Positions 50,486-61,807 are shown, counted from the first letter of the stretch. The stretch is 64,000 nucleotides of DNA from Candidatus Bathyarchaeota archaeon (GCA_963832745.1 CAWHVC010000001.1:544001-608000); one strand, 5' to 3'. The notes: a model not told the origin generated them from the sequence alone. Numbers and translations: made by a program.

Positions 50486-51667
50486 ATGTCGACACAAAAT
50501 TTTGCAAAAGACATCTACATCAAATGCGTTAGAACAGTAAATGAAAATGACACATTGTCAAGGTGCCTCGAATTTTTTAAAAATGAAATGCCACCTGTAT
50601 TAGCGGTTTTAGATGCCAAAGGCAAATACGCCGGCGTAATTGCAAGAAGATGGATATTAAGATCAAGACTTGACCCAGCATCAACCAAAGTAAAAAGTTT
50701 AATGCGAGCCTCACCTAAAATCACCCCTGACGACGGAATTTCCAAAATTGCAAAACTCATGATTGAAAGTGGAGTAAGACAACTCCCTGTTTTTGAGAAT
50801 GAAAAGCTTGTTGGTTTTGTTACTGACGAAAATGTTATTCATGCCGCGGTTGGTCAAGAATGGGGCAAAGGCAAGGTCAGCAGCGTTATGACGCGTGCAC
50901 CATATACTATTGATGCTAATAGGTCAGTTGGTGCAGTGCTTAGCTTGTTTAGAGAGCACGGTTTCTCGCATGTTCCTGTTATGGATGACGGAAAAATCGT
51001 GGGAATTATTAGCATACAGGACATTTTAGAAAACGTTTTCCAGCCTAATGAACGCCAAACAACTGGAGACAGAGTAGGCGAAAAAGTCGAAACCTTCAGC
51101 GTACCAGCAAAAGGCATAATGAATAGCCCAGTAATCACCGTTGAATCCAATTTGAATCTTAGAGATGCAGAGAAAAAAATGCATGACTACAACGTTTCCT
51201 GCCTTGCAGCAGTCTCTAATGATAGACTGGTAGGAATTATTACTAAACTAGACTTTCTTGAACCAATCTCCCAGTTGGAAACGACACTGCCCCAATTAAC
51301 TATTCAATTCGGACTAAAAGATACAACAATATCCAGCGACCAGCAAGCATTCATGATGGATGAATTCGACTCATTTACCCGCAAATATCAAGAAGCATTC
51401 CGCATGGGAACCCTCTTTGTATACATTAAATCTCATGGATCAACAAACATGCGCGGAACACCGCTTGTACATTGCAGACTACAGTTTAGAACCATAAAAG
51501 GTACATTCTTTAGTTCTGGCGAAGGCTGGGGAGTAGAATCAACTTTCAGAACTGCATTAGACCGAATGGATCGACGCCTACTTAGAAGCAAAGAGTTACT
51601 AGCATACAACCCAAAATACGCCAAAGATTACATGCGCAAAATGGGTCTACCCGAAGAAGAACTTTAA
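50486..51667 (+). CDS. Four-CBS-domain protein with C-terminal HPF/RaiA-like domain (Hib-like hibernation factor)
   Basis: Four CBS repeats; C-terminal strands then GEGWGVESTFRTALDRMDRRLLRSKE helix, resembling HPF. Confidence 0.75.
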   Translation: MSTQNFAKDIYIKCVRTVNENDTLSRCLEFFKNEMPPVLAVLDAKGKYAGVIARRWILRSRLDPASTKVKSLMRASPKITPDDGISKIAKLMIESGVRQLPVFENEKLVGFVTDENVIHAAVGQEWGKGKVSSVMTRAPYTIDANRSVGAVLSLFREHGFSHVPVMDDGKIVGIISIQDILENVFQPNERQTTGDRVGEKVETFSVPAKGIMNSPVITVESNLNLRDAEKKMHDYNVSCLAAVSNDRLVGIITKLDFLEPISQLETTLPQLTIQFGLKDTTISSDQQAFMMDEFDSFTRKYQEAFRMGTLFVYIKSHGSTNMRGTPLVHCRLQFRTIKGTFFSSGEGWGVESTFRTALDRMDRRLLRSKELLAYNPKYAKDYMRKMGLPEEEL

Positions 51668-51857
51668 CAAAAATTTCTTCTTTTTATTTTTATAAACATT
51701 TTTTTCTTCCTTTTTGATTTATACTTAAAATAATTCTAATGCAAACATCCATACGCTTTCTCGTTTGCCCTAGAAAATTTTAATAAAACCGCTAAAAACA
51801 TTTATAGCTAAAGTTGCGGAGAAGGAAAAAATAAAACTAAAAGAGATCCCAGCAATC

Positions 51858-52367
51858 TTGGTATTTGCAGGGATTATTTTAACTATAATCACTATGGGGC
51901 TCATTCAAAACGTAGGTTACGCCACTAACGAGTCGGTTACTCCATCACCAAATTCTCCTCAAAAAAATCTGGTAACTTCGGATTCAACAAATAATAACAA
52001 TTCAACAGGCAGTAGCAATCCAACCCCAACAAATAACATACCAACGTCTTTCCAACATAGCGACGGCATAAAAGTGTACGGTAAAGATAGCTCTATCGAG
52101 TTAGAAGGAATCGATTGGGGAAGAATCTTTATCGATATAACAAATTATTACTATATTTCAATTACAAATGTAGGCGACCAACCTGTTATCCTTGAATTGT
52201 CAGTGACAAATTGGACACCAGGCGTAAATGGAGTTGTTTACTGGAATTATAATGGCGCAACTATTCCTATCAACGGAACAGTGGCAATAACTTTATCGTT
52301 AATAATTAAAGATGCCACAACAGACACTTTCAGCAATGACATAACAATAACTTCAAAGAGCACCTAA
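51858..52367 (+). CDS. Hypothetical exported protein
   Basis: N-terminal TM helix, S/N/T linker, beta-rich domain (IDWG..ITNVG). Confidence 0.65.
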   Translation: MVFAGIILTIITMGLIQNVGYATNESVTPSPNSPQKNLVTSDSTNNNNSTGSSNPTPTNNIPTSFQHSDGIKVYGKDSSIELEGIDWGRIFIDITNYYYISITNVGDQPVILELSVTNWTPGVNGVVYWNYNGATIPINGTVAITLSLIIKDATTDTFSNDITITSKST

Positions 52368-53039
52368 ATTTTCAACAAAATCTTTGAGCTTAGTAACTAA
52401 CTTTTTGTTTTGACACCGACTATTTGATAATACCATCGATAATTTAAAACGCAAATCAATAAACATTGAACACGCAAAAATACCAAGCCATATTAGGCTT
52501 GGAATTACAAGCAACACAGATATCCCGCCAGGAACCCCTAAAGCAAACCAAAACAATGGCCCAAGAGTTGCCCCAAAACAAATTATCAAAAAATAATTTT
52601 TGTTTGCAGGCTTAAAGAGCGTTTGAAGGTCACGCTGCTGATACATAACTGCTAAACTAACAAAGAATAGTGCCAATTCTATAACACTAACTGCCAAACT
52701 GCTTACAGCCAAATCAAAACCAATGGCCGTTTTAGATACTGGCCACAGAAATTCGATGCCGCCAGTAAAAAAGTCACCGACAAAAACATGACTCAAAACA
52801 GCCGCAAGATAAGGAAGCATAACTTTATTGTATTTAGCAAAAAAGGGAATCGCAAGTACACCTATCACAATAATCGAATGCGTTAAACCACGATGATTCA
52901 TAAACCCAGAAAAAAGCAGGTCCACATCAGGGATAACTGACACCGCCAAAAGCAAAGGCAAATTTATTTTAACATGCGCAAGCTTGGAAGCGCCTTTTCC
53001 AGTCAGGTACCCTAAAGCAAAGTGACCAATTGCAAACAT
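52353..53039 (-). CDS. Membrane metal-dependent hydrolase (YdjM-like)
   Basis: GH, PDVD, HRGLTHS and SHxxxD motifs. Confidence 0.85.
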   Translation of the reverse strand: MFAIGHFALGYLTGKGASKLAHVKINLPLLLAVSVIPDVDLLFSGFMNHRGLTHSIIVIGVLAIPFFAKYNKVMLPYLAAVLSHVFVGDFFTGGIEFLWPVSKTAIGFDLAVSSLAVSVIELALFFVSLAVMYQQRDLQTLFKPANKNYFLIICFGATLGPLFWFALGVPGGISVLLVIPSLIWLGIFACSMFIDLRFKLSMVLSNSRCQNKKLVTKLKDFVENLGAL

Positions 53040-53204
53040 CTATAATAACATCTTTTTTTATTTTAAAAAACAAAATATTTACTTATAAACCCAACTAGTT
53101 TTTGTTTAAACTTCAATGGAAATTCAAAGTTGCTAACACCAAATAGCAACTTAGAAAAAATAAGGCAATTAAGGTGACTTGGAATTTTGAGGGCCAACTA
53201 CCAA

Positions 53205-53996
53205 TTAAACAGGTATCCTACTGCCATCAAAACCCAACTTTGAAATGCCAAGTTCATCCTTAATCTCGTTCAACTTCTCCACATTAAACACGGGACCATC
53301 CCGGCAGACACGATATTTACCGATGACACAACTGCCGCATAAACCGATGCCACAACGCATCAAACGCTCTAAACTTGCTTCTAAAGGCAGTTTACGTTGC
53401 TGTATGAGATCAAAGATTTTTTTAACCATCACCTCTGGACCACAAGTGTATATCATATCAAATTTTTCGCGATCCAAAAGGTCAGCTAATGGCTCGGTAA
53501 CCATACATTGTAAACCATAAGTGCCATCATCGGTTGTTGTAATGAGGCTTTTTTCTTGACAAACCTTGTTAAGCTGGTCAACAAACAAAAGTTCACTTCG
53601 AGTTTTTGCGCCCACCACAAATGATAACTTTTTGGTTTTACCCGACAAGGCTTTTGCCAAAAACAGAAGAGGCGCTGTACCTGTTCCGCCACCAACCAAT
53701 AGAACGTTCCCATGGTTATGGGTGAAACTGTTTCCAAATGGTCCACGTACTCCGATAGTTGCGCCTGCTTCCATAGAATGCAAGTGACGTGTTGCATCAC
53801 CTACTGCTTTTACGGATACACTGGTTAAGCCTTCTTCATCGGCGCTAAGTATGCTTAAGGGAATCTCATCTATTCCAGGTATCCACAGCATTATGAATTG
53901 GCCAGGTTTGGCTTTTGCACACAACTTATCTATGAACGTGTAGGTTTTAACTGATGGACTTTCAGTTACAACCTGAACAATGTTTGTAGTTCGCAT
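53205..53996 (-). CDS. pyrK: Dihydroorotate dehydrogenase electron transfer subunit
   Basis: PGQFIM, GPFG, CGP, MRCGIGLCGSC..CRDGPVF; start placed at MRTT. Confidence 0.93.
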   Translation of the reverse strand: MRTTNIVQVVTESPSVKTYTFIDKLCAKAKPGQFIMLWIPGIDEIPLSILSADEEGLTSVSVKAVGDATRHLHSMEAGATIGVRGPFGNSFTHNHGNVLLVGGGTGTAPLLFLAKALSGKTKKLSFVVGAKTRSELLFVDQLNKVCQEKSLITTTDDGTYGLQCMVTEPLADLLDREKFDMIYTCGPEVMVKKIFDLIQQRKLPLEASLERLMRCGIGLCGSCVIGKYRVCRDGPVFNVEKLNEIKDELGISKLGFDGSRIPV

Positions 53997-54000
53997 GGTG

Positions 54001-54925
54001 TTAATCTCGGTGAGATAATCCGACAATTTCATTTACACTCCCAAAATGTTTTTTTCTCAAATAAACTTCGATACCCCGATTTATTGAATCAAAAACCTCA
54101 GGACTTATCAAAAGCGATGGCCGTACCGACTTGCATTGCGTTAGCTCCAGCTAAAAAGAACTCAACCGCATCCTGCCAACTGCTGATTCCGCCACACCCA
54201 ATAATGGGTACATCCGGAAGTTTTTCTCGAATATCATAAACACAGCGCAAAGCAACAGGTTTCATCGCTGGACCTGATAAACCACCTTTAATGTTGCTTA
54301 AGACTGGTTTTGTTGTTTCAGTGTCGATGGCGATTGCCCGCAGGGTGTTTACTGCGGTTAACGCGTCCGCGCCTGCCTTTGCTGCAGTACTTGCTAAATG
54401 TACAATGTCAGTCACGTTTGGGGAAAGCTTAACAAAAACAGGCACTTTAACTGCATCTTTTACTACTTTAACTACTTCCGAGAGCAGGTTAGGGTTTTGA
54501 CCAATTTCTGAACCTGTTTGTTTAACATGCGGACAGGACACGTTAAGCTCTAAAGCGTCTGCGCCTGCTTCTTCAGCTTTCTTTGCTACTGCCAAGTATT
54601 CTTCGGCTGAATAGCCAAAAATGCTCACGATTAACGGTTGATGAATTAGGGTTTTTGTGTAACTGATTTCTTCAGCATAATCATTTATGCCGGGGTTTGG
54701 TAAGCCCATAGCGTTAATTAAACCGCTTTTTGCTTGGACCACCGTTGGGTTAGCATACCCAGTTCTTGGTTGGAGACCCACGGATTTTGTTACGACGGCT
54801 CCTGCGCCGCCTTTTATTATTCTATGCATGGATTCAGCTGAGTAACCTAAAACTCCTGAAGCCAGCATACATGGAAAATCAAGGTTTAAACCGGCTATCG
54901 TTGTGCTTAACAGGCTGCTTTCCAA
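54001..54925 (-). CDS. pyrD: Dihydroorotate dehydrogenase B catalytic subunit, +1 frameshift at ~54110
   Basis: NAMGLPNPG, LNVSCPH, KLSPN, GGLSG; C-terminus SPEVFDSINRGIEVYL..EIVGLSH in the next frame. Confidence 0.93.
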
Positions 54926-55473
54926 ACAAACTTCACCTCTTCAATAATCAACTATTCTAGTTTACATTATAGGAGATAAAGTTTCGTCAGGGCACTGAAC
55001 AGGCACAGCAAAGAAAAAGCCAAATCTATCAGCCCTTCACTGCTTTTTTGATGCCGTGCTTACTTTGGTTGCAGCGTACGTCAGAAAGAGTAATGGGTGT
55101 CGGTTAAAGTCAAGTAAAGTCATTTAAAGCATTGAAAAGAGTTGATTAGTAAAATGCATTTTGTACTCTATCATAGCCCATCAAAAACCGCATAAACTTT
55201 CTGGCGTTCCATACTTCAACAGCCAAAATAGCAGCAAAATAAATGTGTCAAAAACTCTGCAGATAATGGGTAAGTTCCGAACTTGAGTATACTTTGGCAG
55301 TTATCTTGACCATTGGCACCTGCCTGCCTTTAGGTGCAGTGCTTTGATTGGGTATTAAGCTCTGAACAGTTGCCTTTTTCTTGTTTTTAGCTGGTTGTTT
55401 GATGGAGCAACATTTTTAAATAAAAGTAAATAATTATGTGTTTATAATAAAGCGATAAAGCAGTTGGTAACCA

Positions 55474-55968
55474 ATGAGACAAACGTTCACAATAACATCA
55501 CCCCTAAGCCAGACACAAAAAACCGTCTGGCAAATGATAACCCAAGGATTACCAATAACAACAATAGCAGAAAAACTCCATACCACCCGCCAATTCGTAA
55601 ACCAAACAAAAATCTCTGCAGAAGCAAAACTCTCCACAACCTTAATGGATATAGCTCAAGCAAACGATTTCCAAGTCACCAAACTGTACTCCCAACAAGG
55701 CATGCTCTTAGGCTACCATCCTGTACTGAAACGCAAGGCTATTCTCACGTACAGCACCAATTATGGCATAAAAGTGTGGTACTGGCACAACAACGCCGAA
55801 GAAGTAACAAACCAAGAATTCCTCCACCAAACACGCGTATACCTGCTCGATGTTGCCAAAGAAAGAGGCTTAGAAATAGAAAACGCAGAAAAAATGCACC
55901 CTGCCAAACTGGCGACCATAATTTTTTCCAAACTGATGCCTGACGCAGGCCTAGGTGACCAACAATGA
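55474..55968 (+). CDS. HTH-containing putative regulator
   Basis: IAEKLHTTRQFVNQ HTH-like motif; first gene of the ABC operon. Confidence 0.65.
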   Translation: MRQTFTITSPLSQTQKTVWQMITQGLPITTIAEKLHTTRQFVNQTKISAEAKLSTTLMDIAQANDFQVTKLYSQQGMLLGYHPVLKRKAILTYSTNYGIKVWYWHNNAEEVTNQEFLHQTRVYLLDVAKERGLEIENAEKMHPAKLATIIFSKLMPDAGLGDQQ

Positions 55969-56903
55969 CCAACCAAGCACACGTTTTAGGCTGCTTACGA
56001 AAACCCGCCTTGCCAGTGTTTTGCGCGTTGCTTTGCATGCTTCCTCTCCTATTTTCCACTCCTGCAGGCGCGAATAATTCTTTTCCATCAACGTTTCACG
56101 TCACCTTCCAAGGTCACCATTCATCATCAGAGCCAAACCCAGATGGCTCGACACCAAGTCTGTGGGTACGATTTTTGAACGGAACCGACTGTTTTCCTAA
56201 AACAGTGAATGTTACTTTCTCTATGGAAGAATCCTCTGAAGGCGAATACACTGTCAAGTTTATGCTCGCCTTTGACGGTTTTTACAAGGAAGTGTCTCTG
56301 CCGGCCACTGCTTCAAATGGTCGTGTTCTCATAGATTCGACTCCAACAATATTTGTTGTAGACCCAGCTTCTTTAGTTGATAATAACACTATTCAACTCT
56401 TCCAAACAGAAGACCTAACTTTGTCTGGCACTGTCCTCATGGATGGACAACCATCAACTTTAATTAATGATTATCGTGTAGCTTCAAAAGTAGTTCAGGC
56501 TTCCTATCAGCGACCTGACTCATCGGAACTATCATTGCCTGGAGCTCTAGTGTTTGGATCCACTCATTTGTTTTTTGATCCAAAAAATGGTGTAATGACT
56601 CACGCTCCCACCAAATTTAGTGACATTCTCTTAAACAAGTTAGGCGTAATGTGTATTGTTGATGGCATTTTTGATTTGGTGGATTATTCAGAAAACTTGG
56701 ATTTTACTTTAGTCCGCCCTTCGTCTCCACTTTGGCAGCTTATTACAATACCTGTAGCTGTCATACTACTTGTCTTAGTGGTGTTTTTCGCTTACAGATA
56801 TTCAAAGAAGAAAAAGAGCGGCAGATCAAAAACCAACTCCAAATTTCTAAAAATCCACCGCGCTTGTACATCAAAAGAGGAGTGTTTATATTATGAGTTC
56901 TAA
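55965..56903 (+). CDS. Hypothetical exported protein with C-terminal TM anchor
   Basis: Signal peptide, C-terminal TM helix plus KKKK. Confidence 0.65.
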   Translation: MTNQAHVLGCLRKPALPVFCALLCMLPLLFSTPAGANNSFPSTFHVTFQGHHSSSEPNPDGSTPSLWVRFLNGTDCFPKTVNVTFSMEESSEGEYTVKFMLAFDGFYKEVSLPATASNGRVLIDSTPTIFVVDPASLVDNNTIQLFQTEDLTLSGTVLMDGQPSTLINDYRVASKVVQASYQRPDSSELSLPGALVFGSTHLFFDPKNGVMTHAPTKFSDILLNKLGVMCIVDGIFDLVDYSENLDFTLVRPSSPLWQLITIPVAVILLVLVVFFAYRYSKKKKSGRSKTNSKFLKIHRACTSKEECLYYEF

Positions 56904-57820
56904 ATTTATTGGCGAATTTAAATCCGTGACAAAACGATTTGGCGCTACAACTGTCACTTAATGGTCTTAGCCTGAAAATATGTCGAGGCATCAATGGGTT
57001 AATTGGTCCAAATGGCGCAGGTAAAACAACAGCGATCCGGTTAAGTTTAGGGTTAATCAAGTCTAATGCTGGAAAAGCAGAATTGTTTGGGTTTGATTGC
57101 TGGAGTGATTCTTGTGCTATTCGCCGTAAAGTGGGCGTTTTGTACGAAAAGCTTGCCTTTTATGACCACCTGTCAGGTCTTGAACAGTTAAAGTTAATGG
57201 CTAAATTGAAGGGTGCGTCTGAGTCTTTAGTTGAGCTAAAGGAGCTTTTGAGGCTTGTTGAGCTTGACGAGGAGGCTCATGACCGACGCATTGGCGGGTA
57301 CTCGGCGGGGATGCGTCAAAGACTTGGTTTAGCACAGGCTTTTTTGGGTAATCCGGAGCTTGTGATGCTTGATGAACCAACTTCAAATTTAGACCCGTTG
57401 AATCGTACAAAAATTCTTGAGTTAATTACTTTTTTGAATAAAGAAAAAGACACTTCTTTTTTGATTTCAAGCCACATTTTGCCTGAGCTTGAAGAGGTGT
57501 GTGATAACTTCATTTTAATGAATAAGGGTAAACTGTTACGTCAAGGGGATTTAGAGCAAATGATTGACAAAACTTCTACAACAGAATTCATTGTTAAGGC
57601 ACAGCCTATTGGGTCGGTGGCGGCTCTTTTGAAAAGTGAGGCGTATATTGAGGATTTGTCGATAACTGAAGATGCATTGCATATTTCTGTGCATGATGTT
57701 GGCTTGTTTAAGCAGCGTTTACCTTTGCTTATAGGCCAAGCGGGCGCGTCTTTGGATGAAGTGAAGATGGTCAAGTCTGATTTAGCGTCAGTTTTCAAGT
57801 CGGTTGTTGAGGAGGCTTAA
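56893..57820 (+). CDS. ABC transporter ATP-binding protein, +1 frameshift at ~56954
   Basis: MSSKFIGEFKSVTKRFG N-terminus in the preceding frame; GPNGAGKTT, YSAGM, LDEP. Confidence 0.9.
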
Positions 57821-57823
57821 CGG

Positions 57824-58657
57824 TTGTCTGTTCGAGCGGGTTTAGCTTTGTTAAAGGCTGAATTGGGGAAAGTTTGGGGCAGACCCATATTGGAGATTAC
57901 TGTTGCTCTTATGGCGGTAATGACTATTGTTTCGGTAAGACCTCTTTCGGAGATTGTTCTGCACGCGGATTTTCCAGCTGCTTTTCAATCTGCGATAACA
58001 GGGAGCGTAGGCGCTACTGTAGCTTCGTTGATGTTGCCGTGGGTTATTATGTGTGGGGTTTTGATGGCTTTGTCTTTTGCTAGGGATTATGAGCAGGGGT
58101 TGATGCAGTCGCTTTTATCTGTTCCAGTATCTCGCAGATTGTTTTTTACGGTAAAGTTTGTTGCTGTAATTTTACCCTTAGCTTTGCTTTCTTGGGGGTT
58201 TACTACTTTTTTTGTGGGCATGACTTTTTATTCAAGTCCTTGGCTTGTTTTGCAGCTTTCCTTTTTTGCTTTACCTGTTTCATTTTTATCTCTGATGTTT
58301 TGTGGAGGTATAAGCGTTTTAATTGCTTTAACGATAAAGCGCACTATTCCATCAGTGCTGACTGCATTGCTTGCAAACTTGTTCTTCTGGTTTCCAACAA
58401 CTATATCCACTAGCACTGCACTGTGGGAGGGGAACAGTTATGCTAATTATTTGTGTTTAACGCCCTACAAGGGGGCTTTGGTTTTTTTGGACAAACTGCT
58501 TGGCGTAGTCCCTAAAGCTTTATCGCCATCAATGGCAGATGCGCTTGAGTATACTCTTCCAGGAAGCAGTTTTGGTGTTTTACTGGTTTTTTATGCGTGC
58601 GTTTTGGTAATTCCAATGTTTGTTTATTTTTATCGGAGGTTTGAAATATGCGAATAA
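57824..58657 (+). CDS. ABC-2 type permease
   Basis: DYEQG..LLSVPVSR..KF; six TM helices. Confidence 0.88.
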   Translation: MSVRAGLALLKAELGKVWGRPILEITVALMAVMTIVSVRPLSEIVLHADFPAAFQSAITGSVGATVASLMLPWVIMCGVLMALSFARDYEQGLMQSLLSVPVSRRLFFTVKFVAVILPLALLSWGFTTFFVGMTFYSSPWLVLQLSFFALPVSFLSLMFCGGISVLIALTIKRTIPSVLTALLANLFFWFPTTISTSTALWEGNSYANYLCLTPYKGALVFLDKLLGVVPKALSPSMADALEYTLPGSSFGVLLVFYACVLVIPMFVYFYRRFEICE

Positions 58658-59332
58658 ACTTTGCAAGATTTGGAAATTTTACACGACTTGGTTTAATCTT
58701 GATAATCATAGGAGCAGTTTTACTGTTTAATCTTTGGACTGCTTCTCTTCCCTGGTCTTCAAAAATGGGTTCTGGCTATATTAATCCAGATGAAACTTTG
58801 AGCTATGGTTTATTTATGGCGCCGGTTGGTTTAGGAAATCTTGTCATAGAAAGTGATACTTTGGTGGCACCGACGCCTCCGCCAAACGCTAATGCTAGCA
58901 GCGGTCCGATTCGAGTTGATGGGTCTCCGACACGCGTCGAGTTTGAGGCACCTGCGCATTTAGTGGTTGTTAATCCCTCAAATGTAGCTTTAGTTGATGA
59001 GGAAATTGTTACTCCGCATACTATTTCAACTAGATTTCAAAGAACGAGGCGAATACATTGTTCATGGAACAAACATGGGCAATGAAAGTTATCCCATTTC
59101 AGTTAGCCTAAAGTTTCCACAGGATAGTGATGTTGAAAATAGAGAAGCAGACAAGTTTCTTGTTAGCCTAGTTTTAACGGTAAGTGGAGTGGGGCTTTTC
59201 TGTTTGGGTGAAAGTGCGTCTTTATTATTAAAGCTAAAAAGAGACAACACCAAAAAAGTCAAAACAGTTAGCTCACCGCAAAGACCCTGCCCTAATAACG
59301 TAGAAAAACAAAATGGAAGTGTAAAACCATGA
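58648..59332 (+). CDS. Hypothetical membrane protein, +1 frameshift at ~59025
   Basis: The two ORFs join as TPHTI/QLDFKERGEY, giving an N-terminal TM, an extracellular domain and a C-terminal TM. Confidence 0.6.
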
Positions 59333-59453
59333 AACACCTCATACCTATTACCACCAAGGCAGGCTCCCACAAGACCCCTATATTCCAAGCCACCTAAATT
59401 TTGCCTCCAATAACAGCCAAACAACAAAGCAAAAATTATTACTGTCAACTCTG

Positions 59454-60011
59454 TTGCTGATTGGCTTCATGTGTTTTCTGGCTGTTTTGGCAATGCAATC
59501 CACTAGTGAGATTTGTGATAAATCTTTAGTCATAAATGCTAACGAGCGGAATTCACCTATGTATATAGGAGGCGGATATGGCACAGAATCTTCTTATGAT
59601 AAGCCACCAACTCAAGAAGGCAAAATCACAGTTAATGGAGGACCAGTTGAGTTCACTATTATCAGCACAGAACAGATAACAAAAACGTTTTTCAACAATG
59701 GTCGATTGGTAAACTGCACCGTTAACTCACCTGACCCAAACGATCGTCATCAAATAATTAACACAACAATCGAAGGTACATACACTTTCAGGATTCCGGC
59801 GAATGGGGATTATGAATATATTTTCCAGAATTCAGGCAGCCAACAAGCAACGGTTGACTTCAATTTGACAGTAACATGGACATTCATGATTCCGCTGATA
59901 ATTGGTTTAGGTATACTGTTAGTTACTGCTCTTCCAGGAACAATTCTGATTGTAAGTGGACGCAGAAACAAGAAAGCAATCGCCCAGACACCGTTTAAAC
60001 AGCCAAATTAG
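59454..60011 (+). CDS. Hypothetical membrane protein with GOLD-like beta domain
   Basis: YTF..PANGDYEYIFQN..VDF between two TM helices; start uncertain. Confidence 0.6.
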   Translation: MLIGFMCFLAVLAMQSTSEICDKSLVINANERNSPMYIGGGYGTESSYDKPPTQEGKITVNGGPVEFTIISTEQITKTFFNNGRLVNCTVNSPDPNDRHQIINTTIEGTYTFRIPANGDYEYIFQNSGSQQATVDFNLTVTWTFMIPLIIGLGILLVTALPGTILIVSGRRNKKAIAQTPFKQPN

Positions 60012-60047
60012 CGCCTGCCTTTTTAACTATAAAAAGCGGGGCATGAG

Positions 60048-60272
60048 CTATTTTTTAAAGACACTTCTTCTTAGGCCGTTGTCAGGCTCTTCTTCTCCGC
60101 CAAGTAAAACCCGTAGTGATTTTACTTCATCCCGCAACATCGAGATTTCGCTTTCTAAAGCTTTAGCCTTTGCATCAGCCATACGTTTAAGCTCTTCAAT
60201 TTCTATCAGCAGGTTTTTTCTCTCGGTTTCTAAAGTTTTTATTCGCTCCACTGTAGCTTTAAAACTACTCAA
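60048..60272 (-). CDS. Small coiled-coil protein
   Basis: Heptad pattern; GGAGAGG RBS before the TTG start. Confidence 0.65.
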   Translation of the reverse strand: MSSFKATVERIKTLETERKNLLIEIEELKRMADAKAKALESEISMLRDEVKSLRVLLGGEEEPDNGLRRSVFKK

Positions 60273-60484
60273 ATACCTCTCCCCTAACGAGTTACAGGTT
60301 GTTTTTTGCACTTAAACCTTTTCAAACGCACATTTTTTACTTTATTAAGACTCAGCAGATTCATGAATAAAAAGGCATATCGCAAATTCTGACTGGTCGT
60401 TAGCAGACATAGATGCTATTTTTATATAAGAACAGGTAATTTAACATTGAACTTAAAGCTCTTATCTTGTTGGACTGTGTCTGG

Positions 60485-61807
60485 ATGAGAAAGACCATAT
60501 TCAAAAAGCTTGAAGCACAAGGGCTAATTGCTAATTACAACAGACTACGTAAGAATCTGCCGCCTAAACTTCCAGAACGCATCTTCATCTGGGATGAAAC
60601 CTTCCGTGAAGGAATCAAGGCTCCAACAGTCTACTTAACCTATGTAGAACAAGTAAAACTTGCAAAACTGATGGATGAAGCAGGCGTAGCAATAATCAAC
60701 GTTGGTTTCCCAGCTCTTTCAGAAGAAGAGAAACGCAATGTTAGCAGAATAGTTAACGAAAGCTTTGAGCATGCAAAACTTACCGCTTCCGCTGAACCAA
60801 CCAAACCAAGCATCGACGCTTGCCTGGAATGCGGTATTAAAGAAGTCACCCTCGAAGCACCTATCAACGGGTTAAACTTACAATACAGGTATAAAATAAC
60901 AAAAGAACAAGCACTGAAAAGAATAGTCGACTCTATCGCTTACTGCAAAAAACATGGAGCAAACGTTAACTTCATGCTTATGGACGGCACAAGAACCACC
61001 ATTGAAGACATACTACAAGTGTTTCAGCAAGCAGCAGACGCTGGAGCAAACAGACTTGGCCTTGCTGACTCTGTCGGGTTCATCAGACCCCTCTCAATGA
61101 GATACTTAATGTCCCACATACGTGACGGTTTACCAGATTCTATCAAAAAGAAAATCCCAATTTCAATACACTGCCACAACGATTTTGGTCTAGCATCAGC
61201 AAACACCTTAGCAGCCATGGAAGAAGGAACATCCTACGTTCACACATGCATTGCAGGTTTTGGCGAACGCGCCGGAATTGCACCTTTTGAAGAAGTCGTA
61301 ACCTGCGCCGAATTACTCTACAACATTGACACAGGCATTGACATGGGCAAAATCTCAAGAATCTCACAGTCAGCCGAAAAAGCCTTCGCATTACCAATCC
61401 AGTTCCATAAACCAATCATCGGCGAAAACATTTTTGCACACGAAGTAGAAGAAGAAGTCGAAGAAATGATGGCTCACCCCCTAGTTTTTGAGCCATTCCC
61501 ACCTGAAATCGTTGGACGAGAAACCACAGTTTTCGTAGGCAGAAACACTGGTCAAAACTTGATTCAGGAAATGCTAGAAAAAGCTGGAATCAGAGCTTCA
61601 CCACGACAAATGGATGAACTTTTCAGACGCATTAAAGGCCCACATGAAGGATTAGATAAAGGCGAAGCCCAAATGACCTACTACCAAGTAAAGAAGCTAA
61701 TGAAGGACCTTCAGAAAGGGTACACAATGGATGAGTTCTGGCGCCTGGTAGAACAAGTAACACGACAAAAACCAAGGATGTCCTCTGACAAGAAGGCATC
61801 ACCCTAA
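60485..61807 (+). CDS. LeuA/homocitrate synthase family (DRE-TIM) enzyme
   Basis: DETFREG, HCHNDFGLA.AN, GFGERAG, KPIIGENIFAHE; no LeuA regulatory domain evident. Confidence 0.85.
   Translation: MRKTIFKKLEAQGLIANYNRLRKNLPPKLPERIFIWDETFREGIKAPTVYLTYVEQVKLAKLMDEAGVAIINVGFPALSEEEKRNVSRIVNESFEHAKLTASAEPTKPSIDACLECGIKEVTLEAPINGLNLQYRYKITKEQALKRIVDSIAYCKKHGANVNFMLMDGTRTTIEDILQVFQQAADAGANRLGLADSVGFIRPLSMRYLMSHIRDGLPDSIKKKIPISIHCHNDFGLASANTLAAMEEGTSYVHTCIAGFGERAGIAPFEEVVTCAELLYNIDTGIDMGKISRISQSAEKAFALPIQFHKPIIGENIFAHEVEEEVEEMMAHPLVFEPFPPEIVGRETTVFVGRNTGQNLIQEMLEKAGIRASPRQMDELFRRIKGPHEGLDKGEAQMTYYQVKKLMKDLQKGYTMDEFWRLVEQVTRQKPRMSSDKKASP

Noticed and set aside
53997-54032. Extended pyrK N-terminus from the ORF track
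   Set aside because: This stretch encodes the frameshifted C-terminus of pyrD; pyrK more plausibly starts at 53996.
55464-55943. 159-aa alternative-frame ORF
   Set aside because: Overlaps the HTH-bearing ORF 55474-55968, which couples to the next gene; its composition looks like an off-frame read.
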